The notes: a model not told the origin generated them from the sequence alone. A stretch of 64,000 bases of DNA from a virus (IMGVR_UViG_2770939580_000003:105062-169061), one strand, 5' to 3'. Positions 9,212 through 17,511 are shown, counted from the first letter of the stretch. Numbers and translations are program-made.

Positions 9212-9842
9212 TCTTTTCTTTTTTAATATCTATGTACATTAAATTTATTAAACACACTCCCCAGAACAAAATAGTCAGATATATATTTTCAACTGTTTTC
9301 ACATTGTACAACAGCGCCATAATTACAATGGCAATGAGTGTGCTAAAAATGTTAATTTTATTTAACTTAATTTTGAAACTATAATCGTAGGACATAGTAC
9401 TGAACCAGATTCTTTTATGTCTTAGGATAAGTGTAAGAACTATTAAAAATCCATTTGCTAACAGTTGCACTAGTGAGCCAAACTCACTTGATGCTTGTGT
9501 AAAGTTTAATCCTGAACTAAGCATAAACAATGCAACAACTGAGAACTGAGCCACTATTTGTGCCACAAAACCATAACATGCCAACTTGAAACTCTCCCAT
9601 AATTTTATTCTAAAATAGAAAGTTAATGATAATACCAATAAGGCAAAACATAGCACTGGAACAAATCCTAAAATTGTCTCATACCCTTTAAGAAAGAAAG
9701 TTCCTATTGAAATTATTAAATTAGTTACTAGAATCTCTTTCCAGTAGTCTTTAAAGCTGATCTTGAAACAGCCAAATGCAAACATAAATATTGTTATTCC
9801 ATCCATTAGACTCATTAGCGCATACACGATATCGTTCTTCAT
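9195..9842 (-). CDS. AgrC-sensor-like polytopic membrane protein lacking a histidine-kinase domain
   Basis: 215 aa, about 6-7 hydrophobic segments; ends just after the last TM; stop overlaps the agrB start. Confidence 0.75.
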   Translation of the reverse strand: MKNDIVYALMSLMDGITIFMFAFGCFKISFKDYWKEILVTNLIISIGTFFLKGYETILGFVPVLCFALLVLSLTFYFRIKLWESFKLACYGFVAQIVAQFSVVALFMLSSGLNFTQASSEFGSLVQLLANGFLIVLTLILRHKRIWFSTMSYDYSFKIKLNKINIFSTLIAIVIMALLYNVKTVENIYLTILFWGVCLINLMYIDIKKEKSGMYD

Positions 9843-9878
9843 CTTACTGTCTCCATCCTGTTATGTAGTATTTAGTAC

Positions 9879-9935
9879 ACAAAGATAATATGTATTTCTT
9901 GATTTAAATATAACATGGTCTCTATCAAGAGTCAA
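9879..9935 (-). promoter_or_regulatory. sigmaA promoter of the agr-like operon with an inverted downstream operator-like motif
   Basis: TTGACT(9930-35)-17-TATATT(9907-12); ACAAAGATAATA on the opposite strand at 9879-9890. Confidence 0.7.
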
Positions 9936-9978
9936 CAGTTAAAACAACAAAAAAAGAATAAAGTTTGCACTCTATTCT

Positions 9979-11013
9979 TTAAAGGTTGTACACTTTTTTA
10001 ATTGTTGGAACATTCAAGAATTCTGACTTCATGGAACCGTAATGATACAGGCCATTTTTATCCTTTTTAATGTTGTAATGATCACAAACAATACTGTATT
10101 CTTCTTCTTCTAGCTTCCCACGTTCAACGTATAGATCCTTTGCCATCTTAAGCATTCCGCTATTTCGAACATTTACAATAGTTAGAAGGGGTAAGTTGTG
10201 CCACTCAGCAATCTTAGATAGTCTCATTGTTACTAAGTAAATTGATGCTGGTTCTTCAACGCCTTGTTTGATACTAGAATTCACAGCGGATCTAATAATA
10301 TAGTCGTTATCAATCAAATTATTGTGAGTAACTTTTGTACTGGGTACTAAGTTGCCATTGTTCTTAATATATTTATCTTCTTTATTTGCTATCCTGAGGA
10401 TATTATACAGATATCCTGTTATAGTTATCTCTCTGATTTCTTGACCATTACGAGATTCGTTAAATAATTTTATCTTATATTTATCTATTTCATCTGTCTC
10501 AGTTATATGTTCCATTTTCATACTGAGTAATTCACTATTCTCTCGTCCCATTATACCTTCAAACAATGATTGAACCACGGCTTTATCTTGAAAGTTTAAG
10601 CAGCCTTCTACTACGTTTTCTATATCCTCTTCAGTAAATAAAGTTTGTCGACTATCATCCACAAACTGACTATACCATTCAAAAGATGTTACCGCATTTA
10701 GTGGATTAATATTATCTTTACGTAAGTCTTGTTCTATGGCCCAACCTATGTAGTTGTTGATAATACTTCCAGCCTGTTGCAAAGATGATACTTTTGTAGA
10801 CTTTAATAAATATAGAAATTGCGATATTTCTTGAAGATTAAAATCATATAGATCTTTATCAAGCTTTTTTTCCATTATAGAAACTCTTTTTAATACTCGA
10901 CCATATGCCTTTTTAGTAGCTTCGCTTAAATTTTGAAGATATCTGTCTTTTTGTTCTTTATTAAAAAATTCATCATCATATATTTTATTCACTCTTATCG
11001 CCTCCAAAAACAT
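9979..11013 (-). CDS. MrpR/SroF (YopR)-like lytic-cycle repressor, degenerate integrase fold
   Basis: KDLYDFNL.EI..FL..L and LFEGI.G...SEL patterns; HxxR replaced by VNVR; follows SroE-like gene. Confidence 0.8.
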   Translation of the reverse strand: MFLEAIRVNKIYDDEFFNKEQKDRYLQNLSEATKKAYGRVLKRVSIMEKKLDKDLYDFNLQEISQFLYLLKSTKVSSLQQAGSIINNYIGWAIEQDLRKDNINPLNAVTSFEWYSQFVDDSRQTLFTEEDIENVVEGCLNFQDKAVVQSLFEGIMGRENSELLSMKMEHITETDEIDKYKIKLFNESRNGQEIREITITGYLYNILRIANKEDKYIKNNGNLVPSTKVTHNNLIDNDYIIRSAVNSSIKQGVEEPASIYLVTMRLSKIAEWHNLPLLTIVNVRNSGMLKMAKDLYVERGKLEEEEYSIVCDHYNIKKDKNGLYHYGSMKSEFLNVPTIKKVYNL

Positions 11014-12304
11014 TTACAAAATAATCAAAAAGTTTCTCACGAATTCTTTTGTTGCCCGTAAGAGATTTCTTTGCATTCAAAAGTGGCACAAATTCATCAG
11101 CATTTTTACTAATAGTATCAATATACTTCTCTATTTCATCAAAATCAATTTCATTGTCTTGCATATATCGAGACAATACAATGTAGCCAATAAACATTAG
11201 TGGATGACCCATGAACTCGTTTTTTCTTTCATTGATGTTCTTTGAAAACTCATTGGGGTAACTACCTGCAAGATAAACAAAAAACTCGTTTAGATACTTT
11301 GATATCTTTATGACATCTAATTGTCTTTCAATTGTATAGGAACGATCAATTGCATATGACATAATATCAAAAGTTGTTAGATCTCCAGCTAAATAACTAA
11401 CTGTGCTGCCTGAAGCAATTTGCTTTCCGATTTCAGATTTACGCTGAAGGTCTGCTACTACTTTATCAGACATTCTTTCTTGTGCTAATTCTTTTCTTCT
11501 TTCTTTATTTAAAACATTGATTGTATTTAACTGACTAAAGAAACGTTTTGCAGTCTCTTCGTCATAAACTCTTATTGATAATATTTCGTGTAATTCAATG
11601 TCTGGATTAATACTGAGAGCAGCGATAAACCCTTGTAATCGATGAAAACCATCGAGAATAGATACAATTGCACCATCATTTATGGTTAATGATTTAGAGT
11701 TAGTGTCATAACTAACAGGCTCAACTTCAGTTGAGTACACGTTCAAAGTAATCATGTCCTCAAAGTATTGATTTTCAGACACTTTGGATGCAATTCTTTT
11801 CACACTAGTCTTATTAACGATTGGTGTTTTGACTATTCCACCTGATTTATTTTCTTTATATGTTACTCCACGTTGAGTCTCTTCCTCATAAATTATGAGC
11901 TGGCTCTCAACCATTTTTACTAATTCTTTAATATTGATTTTAGTAACATAGCTATCGAACTTAATTTCAATAACCTCTTTAATTGTGAGCGGTAAATATA
12001 ATTTATATTGATCTTTATCTTTTAATGTACGTTCAGCATCTCTTATTTCTCTTACACCAAAATACGTTTCTGGATTGGGATTTGAATTGTCTGCATCATG
12101 CATTGCAGATACTATACCTATCAAGTAGTGTGCATCAAATTCAGATATCACTTCTTCATTCTGGGAGATTTTTTGCACCATACCAAAAGGTACATTATAA
12201 TCAGCAAGTTTTAAATTAAGCTCATATTGTTTTTGTCTGGAATTTTGAATCAACTTTAAATTTTCTAATACTTCTTTTTCAATAATGTTACGATCTACTT
12301 TCAT
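10985..12304 (-). CDS. SroE (YopQ)-like DGQHR/DndB-domain protein
   Basis: ILDGFHRL motif; directly upstream of the MrpR-like gene as in SPbeta. Confidence 0.75.
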   Translation of the reverse strand: MKVDRNIIEKEVLENLKLIQNSRQKQYELNLKLADYNVPFGMVQKISQNEEVISEFDAHYLIGIVSAMHDADNSNPNPETYFGVREIRDAERTLKDKDQYKLYLPLTIKEVIEIKFDSYVTKINIKELVKMVESQLIIYEEETQRGVTYKENKSGGIVKTPIVNKTSVKRIASKVSENQYFEDMITLNVYSTEVEPVSYDTNSKSLTINDGAIVSILDGFHRLQGFIAALSINPDIELHEILSIRVYDEETAKRFFSQLNTINVLNKERRKELAQERMSDKVVADLQRKSEIGKQIASGSTVSYLAGDLTTFDIMSYAIDRSYTIERQLDVIKISKYLNEFFVYLAGSYPNEFSKNINERKNEFMGHPLMFIGYIVLSRYMQDNEIDFDEIEKYIDTISKNADEFVPLLNAKKSLTGNKRIREKLFDYFVNVFGGDKSE

Positions 12305-12325
12305 ATGTACTCACCTCTAACAAAC

Positions 12326-12380
12326 ATTATAGCACATATAGTTAAAAATAATACATGTACCAATATCAAAGTGCTATAAT
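12326..12380. promoter_or_regulatory. inverted repeat forming opposed -10 boxes upstream of the sroE-mrpR operon
   Basis: ATTATAGCAC-N35-GTGCTATAAT; AAAAATAATAC in the spacer. Confidence 0.55.
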
Positions 12381-12457
12381 TTCGAGGAAAAATGTTAAGA
12401 AACTATTATGAATATACTACACAATTCAACCCATTGCAAAATAAGAAAAAGCCTCAA

Positions 12458-12664
12458 TTAGAGACTTTTATCATTTAACCATTTATGTAAATCTAAATTT
12501 GTTTTTACTACTTTATTCTCCTGTATGTCGTAAATTCTATAACCATTAAACAAAAAATTATTTAGCTCATGTGGTTTTTCCGTTCCTAAATTGAGACACT
12601 TCCAAGTTTCAACTTTCAACTCTTTATCATAATCTATAAGCTTCATTAACCAGTATCTCTTCAT
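12458..12664 (-). CDS. hypothetical protein
   Basis: ORF with AGGTGGAG RBS, downstream of mazF. Confidence 0.7.
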   Translation of the reverse strand: MKRYWLMKLIDYDKELKVETWKCLNLGTEKPHELNNFLFNGYRIYDIQENKVVKTNLDLHKWLNDKSL

Positions 12665-12733
12665 GCTCCACCTACCTTAACAATAGTATGTAAATTATAT
12701 TTGTGTTAATGGTATGTGACAAGCGGTAATAAA

Positions 12734-13108
12734 TTACAACGAAAGAGATAACTGTAGTGCCTTGTTAATTGCATTCCCAAAGTGTCTAGGTAGTTCGGCA
12801 ATCTTAAAATCAAGCTGATCTTTTGATACAGTCATTATCTGTTCCAACAAAATGATACTATCGTCATATAGCCCAATCTCTTCTTTTTCTACTTTTACAT
12901 GTGTAGGCATAGGCTTTTTAACTCTGCTTGTTACTGGTGCAACAATTACTACTGGACTATATTTGTTACCCATATCATTTCCTAATACTACACATGGTCT
13001 CTCTCCGCTCTGTACACTTCCTTTGTTTCTACCTAAGTTCACATTCCACATATCTAAGCGCTTTACGTCTTTCATCATTCGCTCCATTGCTACCGCCATC
13101 TCAAACAC
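12734..13108 (-). CDS. mazF: MazF/PemK-family endoribonuclease, no adjacent antitoxin
   Basis: GSVQSGERPCVVLGND...SPVVIVAPVTS...THV...DSIILLEQI.TVSK. Confidence 0.92.
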   Translation of the reverse strand: MFEMAVAMERMMKDVKRLDMWNVNLGRNKGSVQSGERPCVVLGNDMGNKYSPVVIVAPVTSRVKKPMPTHVKVEKEEIGLYDDSIILLEQIMTVSKDQLDFKIAELPRHFGNAINKALQLSLSL

Positions 13109-13213
13109 TCCTTATTAATTATCTTCTTAATCTATATGTACCACATTCAATGTGTTTTTAAACTACAAGTTCTATATAAGTATTATAGTTGTATTATAAA
13201 ATTAAAACAATAC

Positions 13214-13227
13214 GGAACGTTTGTTCT
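13214..13227. promoter_or_regulatory. LexA (Cheo) box in the mazF/rsfA divergent region
   Basis: GGAACGTTTGTTCT (GAAC-N4-GTTC) next to TTGTTT-17-TATAAT on the minus strand. Confidence 0.65.
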
Positions 13228-13338
13228 GTCAAGAACTTTTAGTAGCCGACTAAAATATAACTTGCTTCGGCGAATAACCTATTGACTTTTAGGATATATA
13301 TGGTATTAAGACTAATCAAATCAATTTGAGGTGTGTAA

Positions 13339-13821
13339 ATGAAAAGAAAAGATGGATGGAACGTCGATGATGATAATTTATTAGCTAGCACGGTACTAAT
13401 GTACATCGAATCTGGCAAGACTCAGTTGAAAGCCTTTGAGGATGTAGGATTAAAACTTAGTAGAACCTCTGCTGCCTGTGGGTTCAGGTGGAATTCAACT
13501 GTAAGGCATAGATATATCAAAAGTATTGCTGAGGCAAAGACTCATAAAATAAAAAGAAATTATAAAAAGACGTATTCAAACGAAGAGCTGTCAATTGATA
13601 GTATTATCTCATGCCTTCTGGCTCTTAAGGATGATCTACAGCGCGCTGAGATAGAGAAGAGTATAATTAGTAAGAAGATACAGAACGTATCATTAGAAAT
13701 CAATGCTAGACGTTCTGAAAGGCATTTAGATGCTTTGGCAAATAAAGAAGCCCTTTCATTATTATTGTCTAAAGCTGCTGAGCTTGGGCTGTTTGAACAT
13801 AACAAAAAACCCGCCATTTAA
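13339..13821 (+). CDS. RsfA-family transcriptional regulator
   Basis: DGW..DDD.LLASTVL.YI..G.TQLKAFE.VG..LSRTSAACGFRWNSTVR signature. Confidence 0.9.
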   Translation: MKRKDGWNVDDDNLLASTVLMYIESGKTQLKAFEDVGLKLSRTSAACGFRWNSTVRHRYIKSIAEAKTHKIKRNYKKTYSNEELSIDSIISCLLALKDDLQRAEIEKSIISKKIQNVSLEINARRSERHLDALANKEALSLLLSKAAELGLFEHNKKPAI

Positions 13822-13833
13822 TTGGTGGGTTTT
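13806..13833. terminator. bidirectional intrinsic terminator
   Basis: AAAACCCGCCA-loop-TGGTGGGTTTT between convergent genes. Confidence 0.75.
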
Positions 13834-13875
13834 AGTATTTGTCTCTATGTGAAACCTACATTTGATTAAATATTG

Positions 13876-14670
13876 CTAATCCCTCTGAAGTTTATTGGGG
13901 TATATCCAACTGGATTCATCAAGTTGAAATTCATACAAGACTTCTTCTTGCCCATCATTAATTATTTTACATATGTCTTTTTTCTCAGGTAAGCTATGAA
14001 TATAATGCACTTTCTCATTACTTAATGTACTGTATTCTACTTTCACTTCGATGATTTCAACAGTATCACCAACATGTGCATTAATTGGAACAGTAGGTAT
14101 GAAAATCTCAATACCCTTTTCAAATACACCGATATCGACTTTAAAGTTTCCAAGGTTCCCTTCCGAAGTTTTAGTCTGTAAAAACACTCTACAGTCCAGT
14201 ATCACTTCGGGATTGCCATAATGTGATAGCTTGAGGAAACTGGTGTTAAATGCATCAGATGCGCCCGTCATTGTATTTAGACTATCAACTAACTTTCTAT
14301 AGCCTTCTGTCTCAATTATTCTACTGTTTTCATGTGTTTTAACATTCTTCAGTCGCAAATTACTGTTAAAGTCATGAAGTACAATGTATGAACGGTTGTC
14401 TCTTTTAAGTCGATCCTCTTCTTTCTTTTTTTGAACTAATTCGTCTTCTTTGTCTTTTTTCCTCTGAATATGCTGTTGATAAAGAGCAATACAAACCGCT
14501 GAAATTAAACCGACATAGTTAGCAAAGAATCCCAACCAAGCGTTTTCATCTGCATTCACTCCCGGTGCTTGCCATGAAAACAAAGCATAATTCAATACAA
14601 CTGGCAACCCTATAATCAATAGAATTAAGTAAACAAACCGCTTCAAAAAATCACCATTCCTCTTTCTCAA
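13876..14670 (-). CDS. membrane-anchored hypothetical protein (moron-like)
   Basis: two N-terminal TM segments (..WLGFFANYVG..) then a soluble domain. Confidence 0.7.
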   Translation of the reverse strand: MRKRNGDFLKRFVYLILLIIGLPVVLNYALFSWQAPGVNADENAWLGFFANYVGLISAVCIALYQQHIQRKKDKEDELVQKKKEEDRLKRDNRSYIVLHDFNSNLRLKNVKTHENSRIIETEGYRKLVDSLNTMTGASDAFNTSFLKLSHYGNPEVILDCRVFLQTKTSEGNLGNFKVDIGVFEKGIEIFIPTVPINAHVGDTVEIIEVKVEYSTLSNEKVHYIHSLPEKKDICKIINDGQEEVLYEFQLDESSWIYPNKLQRD

Positions 14671-14690
14671 AAATACGTTAAACTTGCATT

Positions 14691-14939
14691 TTACTCAGAA
14701 TCGATCTTTGTCCATCGCGTTTGATTGCCCATCTTGTTGTAATCCATATCAAACAATCTTTTTGCACCAGCTAATTTATCATGCCACAAACCTTCTATAA
14801 GTGAATAGGAGCCATCATCGAAGCATTTTTGGATTTCAATATCGTATCGTTCTCCTAATACTTCCGAATCCACCCTGGTTATTATTGCTTTATAAAAGAA
14901 ATCCTCATCATCAAAACTAACTATTTTCTCCCATTTCAT
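14691..14939 (-). CDS. hypothetical phage protein
   Basis: ORF with GAGGGTGG RBS. Confidence 0.7.
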   Translation of the reverse strand: MKWEKIVSFDDEDFFYKAIITRVDSEVLGERYDIEIQKCFDDGSYSLIEGLWHDKLAGAKRLFDMDYNKMGNQTRWTKIDSE

Positions 14940-14981
14940 AACCCACCCTCCCTCTCCTCATGAAACATGCCTTTTACTTGC

Positions 14982-15179
14982 TTAATCACAGAATTCAAAT
15001 CTGAACATAAAAAATTCATCATGTTCATACTGTTTGTATTGATTGTCTTTGGTTGCAATCACATGCTGATTATTGAGGTCATCAATGATCTCAATGCCGT
15101 ACTCCTTAACTTGAAATTCATATTCCTTTCCAAGTGTAAACTCTTCATCGCGTCTATCATGAACATATTTGACTTTCAT
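14982..15179 (-). CDS. hypothetical phage protein
   Basis: ORF with GGAG RBS. Confidence 0.7.
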   Translation of the reverse strand: MKVKYVHDRRDEEFTLGKEYEFQVKEYGIEIIDDLNNQHVIATKDNQYKQYEHDEFFMFRFEFCD

Positions 15180-15195
15180 CTTACTACTCCTCTCG

Positions 15196-15582
15196 TTACT
15201 CCCCAGAATGCTTATTCACCGTTATCGAATAATGGTATATCTCAATATCCTCTGCAATGAACTCTCTTCGTTGAGCTGCTAACAACGTCTCATACATGTT
15301 CTGTCGTCCTACAGGATTGTCGGTATGTATATATATCTTATCTGCCCTCAATCCATGCTCACAGAAATACTTAACCAAGTCATATCCATTGGGTAACTCT
15401 ACACCATCTACATCCTCGCCCAGATCGTGGTCTAATGTAAGAATAGCCACCTTTCTAGTCTCAAGTATATGTATGGCTTCATAATATGTACGAGCGACCA
15501 CGAAGCCTTCTGGACAGTCTCTGAGGTCATCTACGTAGAGGTTAATCTTATCTGTCATGGTCGCACATCCTTCCATATACAA
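15196..15582 (-). CDS. cyclic-phosphate-processing receiver-domain protein
   Basis: LYVDDLR.CPEGF...LTLDHDLG...GYD...HTDNPVGR. Confidence 0.8.
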   Translation of the reverse strand: MYMEGCATMTDKINLYVDDLRDCPEGFVVARTYYEAIHILETRKVAILTLDHDLGEDVDGVELPNGYDLVKYFCEHGLRADKIYIHTDNPVGRQNMYETLLAAQRREFIAEDIEIYHYSITVNKHSGE

Positions 15583-15798
15583 TCATCTTATCTCCATATC
15601 TCTACGATCAATGTATTGCTTGTAGTCACGTACATATAACTTATTGTCTGAGGCATCATAGAAATACTCTATATTTTCATTCAGAAAATTTTTTTCCACA
15701 TATATAATTGAATAAAAACCAACATATAAGCTACTATCGTTAAAGTCTTTCACAACCGAAATAACTTTATCTGTCTCAACTTCATCTTTCCTTGGCAT
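15583..15798 (-). CDS. hypothetical phage protein
   Basis: co-oriented ORF with RBS. Confidence 0.65.
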   Translation of the reverse strand: MPRKDEVETDKVISVVKDFNDSSLYVGFYSIIYVEKNFLNENIEYFYDASDNKLYVRDYKQYIDRRDMEIR

Positions 15799-15840
15799 TC
15801 GATTCTCATCTCCTTCCCTATAAACACATCTTTTATCGTT

Positions 15841-16101
15841 TTACAATGTAGCATCATAGAACTCTGATATAGATACATTGACGTGTTCCTGAAATTTACC
15901 AAACGTTTCTTTAAAGTGTTTCATGAGATAAACTTGTGATTTATTAAATATTTCGTCTTCAGTTAACTCTTCATCAGAAGGAACCATAATTCCCCCTTCA
16001 TATTCTTTAGAGGGTATTTCGTAAGTAACAACATAATAGTATCTTGCATCCCCCTTAAACTCAGAAGATCTATCTTCTGGTATAGGCGAGTATTCCCACA
16101 T
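15841..16101 (-). CDS. hypothetical phage protein
   Basis: ORF with GGAGGA RBS. Confidence 0.65.
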   Translation of the reverse strand: MWEYSPIPEDRSSEFKGDARYYYVVTYEIPSKEYEGGIMVPSDEELTEDEIFNKSQVYLMKHFKETFGKFQEHVNVSISEFYDATL

Positions 16102-16157
16102 AAAACTTCCTCCTTCATGCTTTATGTTCGTTATAAAATAGCCATTTGATCAGATCT

Positions 16158-16370
16158 TTACCAACTGTTACCCAAAAGATTATAGGATTTAAGAATTATT
16201 CCTAACACCCCACAACCAAAACCTCCCAGTAAGGTAAACCCTATGCATAGTCCATATGCAAATTTAAAACCCTCATCTTGTATGTTCCTAAAATTCTTAA
16301 TTAACAGCAATCCTATGATTAAGGATATGCATGTCACAAATACCCATATCAATTGAGTAATAATATGCAC
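16158..16370 (-). CDS. small two-TM membrane protein
   Basis: two hydrophobic helices. Confidence 0.65.
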   Translation of the reverse strand: MHIITQLIWVFVTCISLIIGLLLIKNFRNIQDEGFKFAYGLCIGFTLLGGFGCGVLGIILKSYNLLGNSW

Positions 16371-16466
16371 TCCCCTATCTTTACGAAATAGTTATTTTAC
16401 TTACTGTTATTCTTTATGTAATCGTCAATAGCTTCATTTACCCTCTTTTTGTGTTGATTTTTTCAA

Positions 16467-16637
16467 TTAATAGATACTAAAGGGATCTGGAGATGAAAGC
16501 AGAATATACGCAAATACGGTAATAAGCAGAACATATCCCGCAACACCAAAGTACTTCTTCTTTTTAAACGATACAATGATTCCAATCAGTCCAATAATTA
16601 TTGCAACTAAAGACCAAGCATCATTTAACATAAGCAT
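16467..16637 (-). CDS. small two-TM membrane protein (56 aa, not in track)
   Basis: MLMLNDAWSLVAIIIGLIGIIVSFKKKKYFGVAGYVLLITVFAYILLSSPDPFSIY; GGGGGA RBS. Confidence 0.65.
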   Translation of the reverse strand: MLMLNDAWSLVAIIIGLIGIIVSFKKKKYFGVAGYVLLITVFAYILLSSPDPFSIY

Positions 16638-16682
16638 TGAAATCCCCCCAAATTATTGTTTAATTTTAATTTTTTGTTTTAT

Positions 16683-16853
16683 TTACAAGCCTATTAGACC
16701 TACGCTTAATAAAACGAAACCCACACCACAAAGAATTACGTCTTTCGCCATGTAGCTGTAAAATCTACCAAAGAAACTGATGAAGAAGGAGATAAAATTC
16801 AATCCAAACATTGCTAGACCTATCACACATAGACTAATGAATACATAGTCCAT
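16683..16853 (-). CDS. small two-TM membrane protein (56 aa, not in track)
   Basis: MDYVFISLCVIGLAMFGLNFISFFISFFGRFYSYMAKDVILCGVGFVLLSVGLIGL; GGGGTGA RBS. Confidence 0.65.
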   Translation of the reverse strand: MDYVFISLCVIGLAMFGLNFISFFISFFGRFYSYMAKDVILCGVGFVLLSVGLIGL

Positions 16854-16880
16854 CTACTCACCCCAATTTCAAAATGAAGG

Positions 16881-17117
16881 TTATTCAAACAACTCTAAAC
16901 TGTCTTTGTATTCTTTTCTCTTTTTCTTACTATACTTCAGATCAATATTGTATTTACTGCGAAAATGTTGATCATAGTCTTCTGCTTGTTCTTTGGAGGC
17001 ACAATACTCCGATTCCATTTCAAATTGAGTTCCGTCATCATTTTTTACTTGTACACACCATAACCGGATGTTCCGATCAAACCAAACGTCTGTCCATGTC
17101 GGCATTTGATCATTCAT
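16881..17117 (-). CDS. hypothetical phage protein
   Basis: ORF with AGGAG RBS. Confidence 0.7.
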   Translation of the reverse strand: MNDQMPTWTDVWFDRNIRLWCVQVKNDDGTQFEMESEYCASKEQAEDYDQHFRSKYNIDLKYSKKKRKEYKDSLELFE

Positions 17118-17118
17118 A

Positions 17119-17511
17119 TTAATTTTCTCCTTGAATAAGGTTCATTTTCAATAACTGAGACGTGAAGCCTTTCGCTCTTTTTAGGCCAGCTTCGTTTTTA
17201 TCACCAGTCACAGCATTCAATGAAGATATCTCAAGTAAAGCGCCATAAGTGTGGAATTCATCCCACTTCTTTCTTGTATTCTTTACGCTTCTGATGCCAT
17301 ATTCAGCAAAGTCATAATCGCTCTCTATTGAGCTCAATTTAAGTTTAATGTATTTTGGAAAATTGGAAATAAACTCTCTAGCCGATTCTTCGCTTTCAAA
17401 TCCTTGTAAAGTAACTGCCCCATTTAACTCAACAGCTTCTAATATTGCCTTTTCTGTTTCATCTATTTCATTCTGATAGCCCCTCGATGTAATTTTACTA
17501 TATGGTTTCAT
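17119..17511 (-). CDS. hypothetical phage protein
   Basis: ORF with GAGG RBS. Confidence 0.7.
   Translation of the reverse strand: MKPYSKITSRGYQNEIDETEKAILEAVELNGAVTLQGFESEESAREFISNFPKYIKLKLSSIESDYDFAEYGIRSVKNTRKKWDEFHTYGALLEISSLNAVTGDKNEAGLKRAKGFTSQLLKMNLIQGEN

Noticed and set aside
9195-9230. Hidden AgrC kinase domain reachable by frameshift
   Set aside because: The sequence after the stop is the intact AgrB frame; there is no space or H-box remnant.
9979-11013. Prophage integrase
   Set aside because: HxxR is replaced by VNVR and the late His/Tyr arrangement is not recognisable; it fits the MrpR repressor family and synteny better.
10985-12304. Dnd phosphorothioate system
   Set aside because: Only a DGQHR/DndB-like domain in the SroE position; no dndCDE-like genes in the window.
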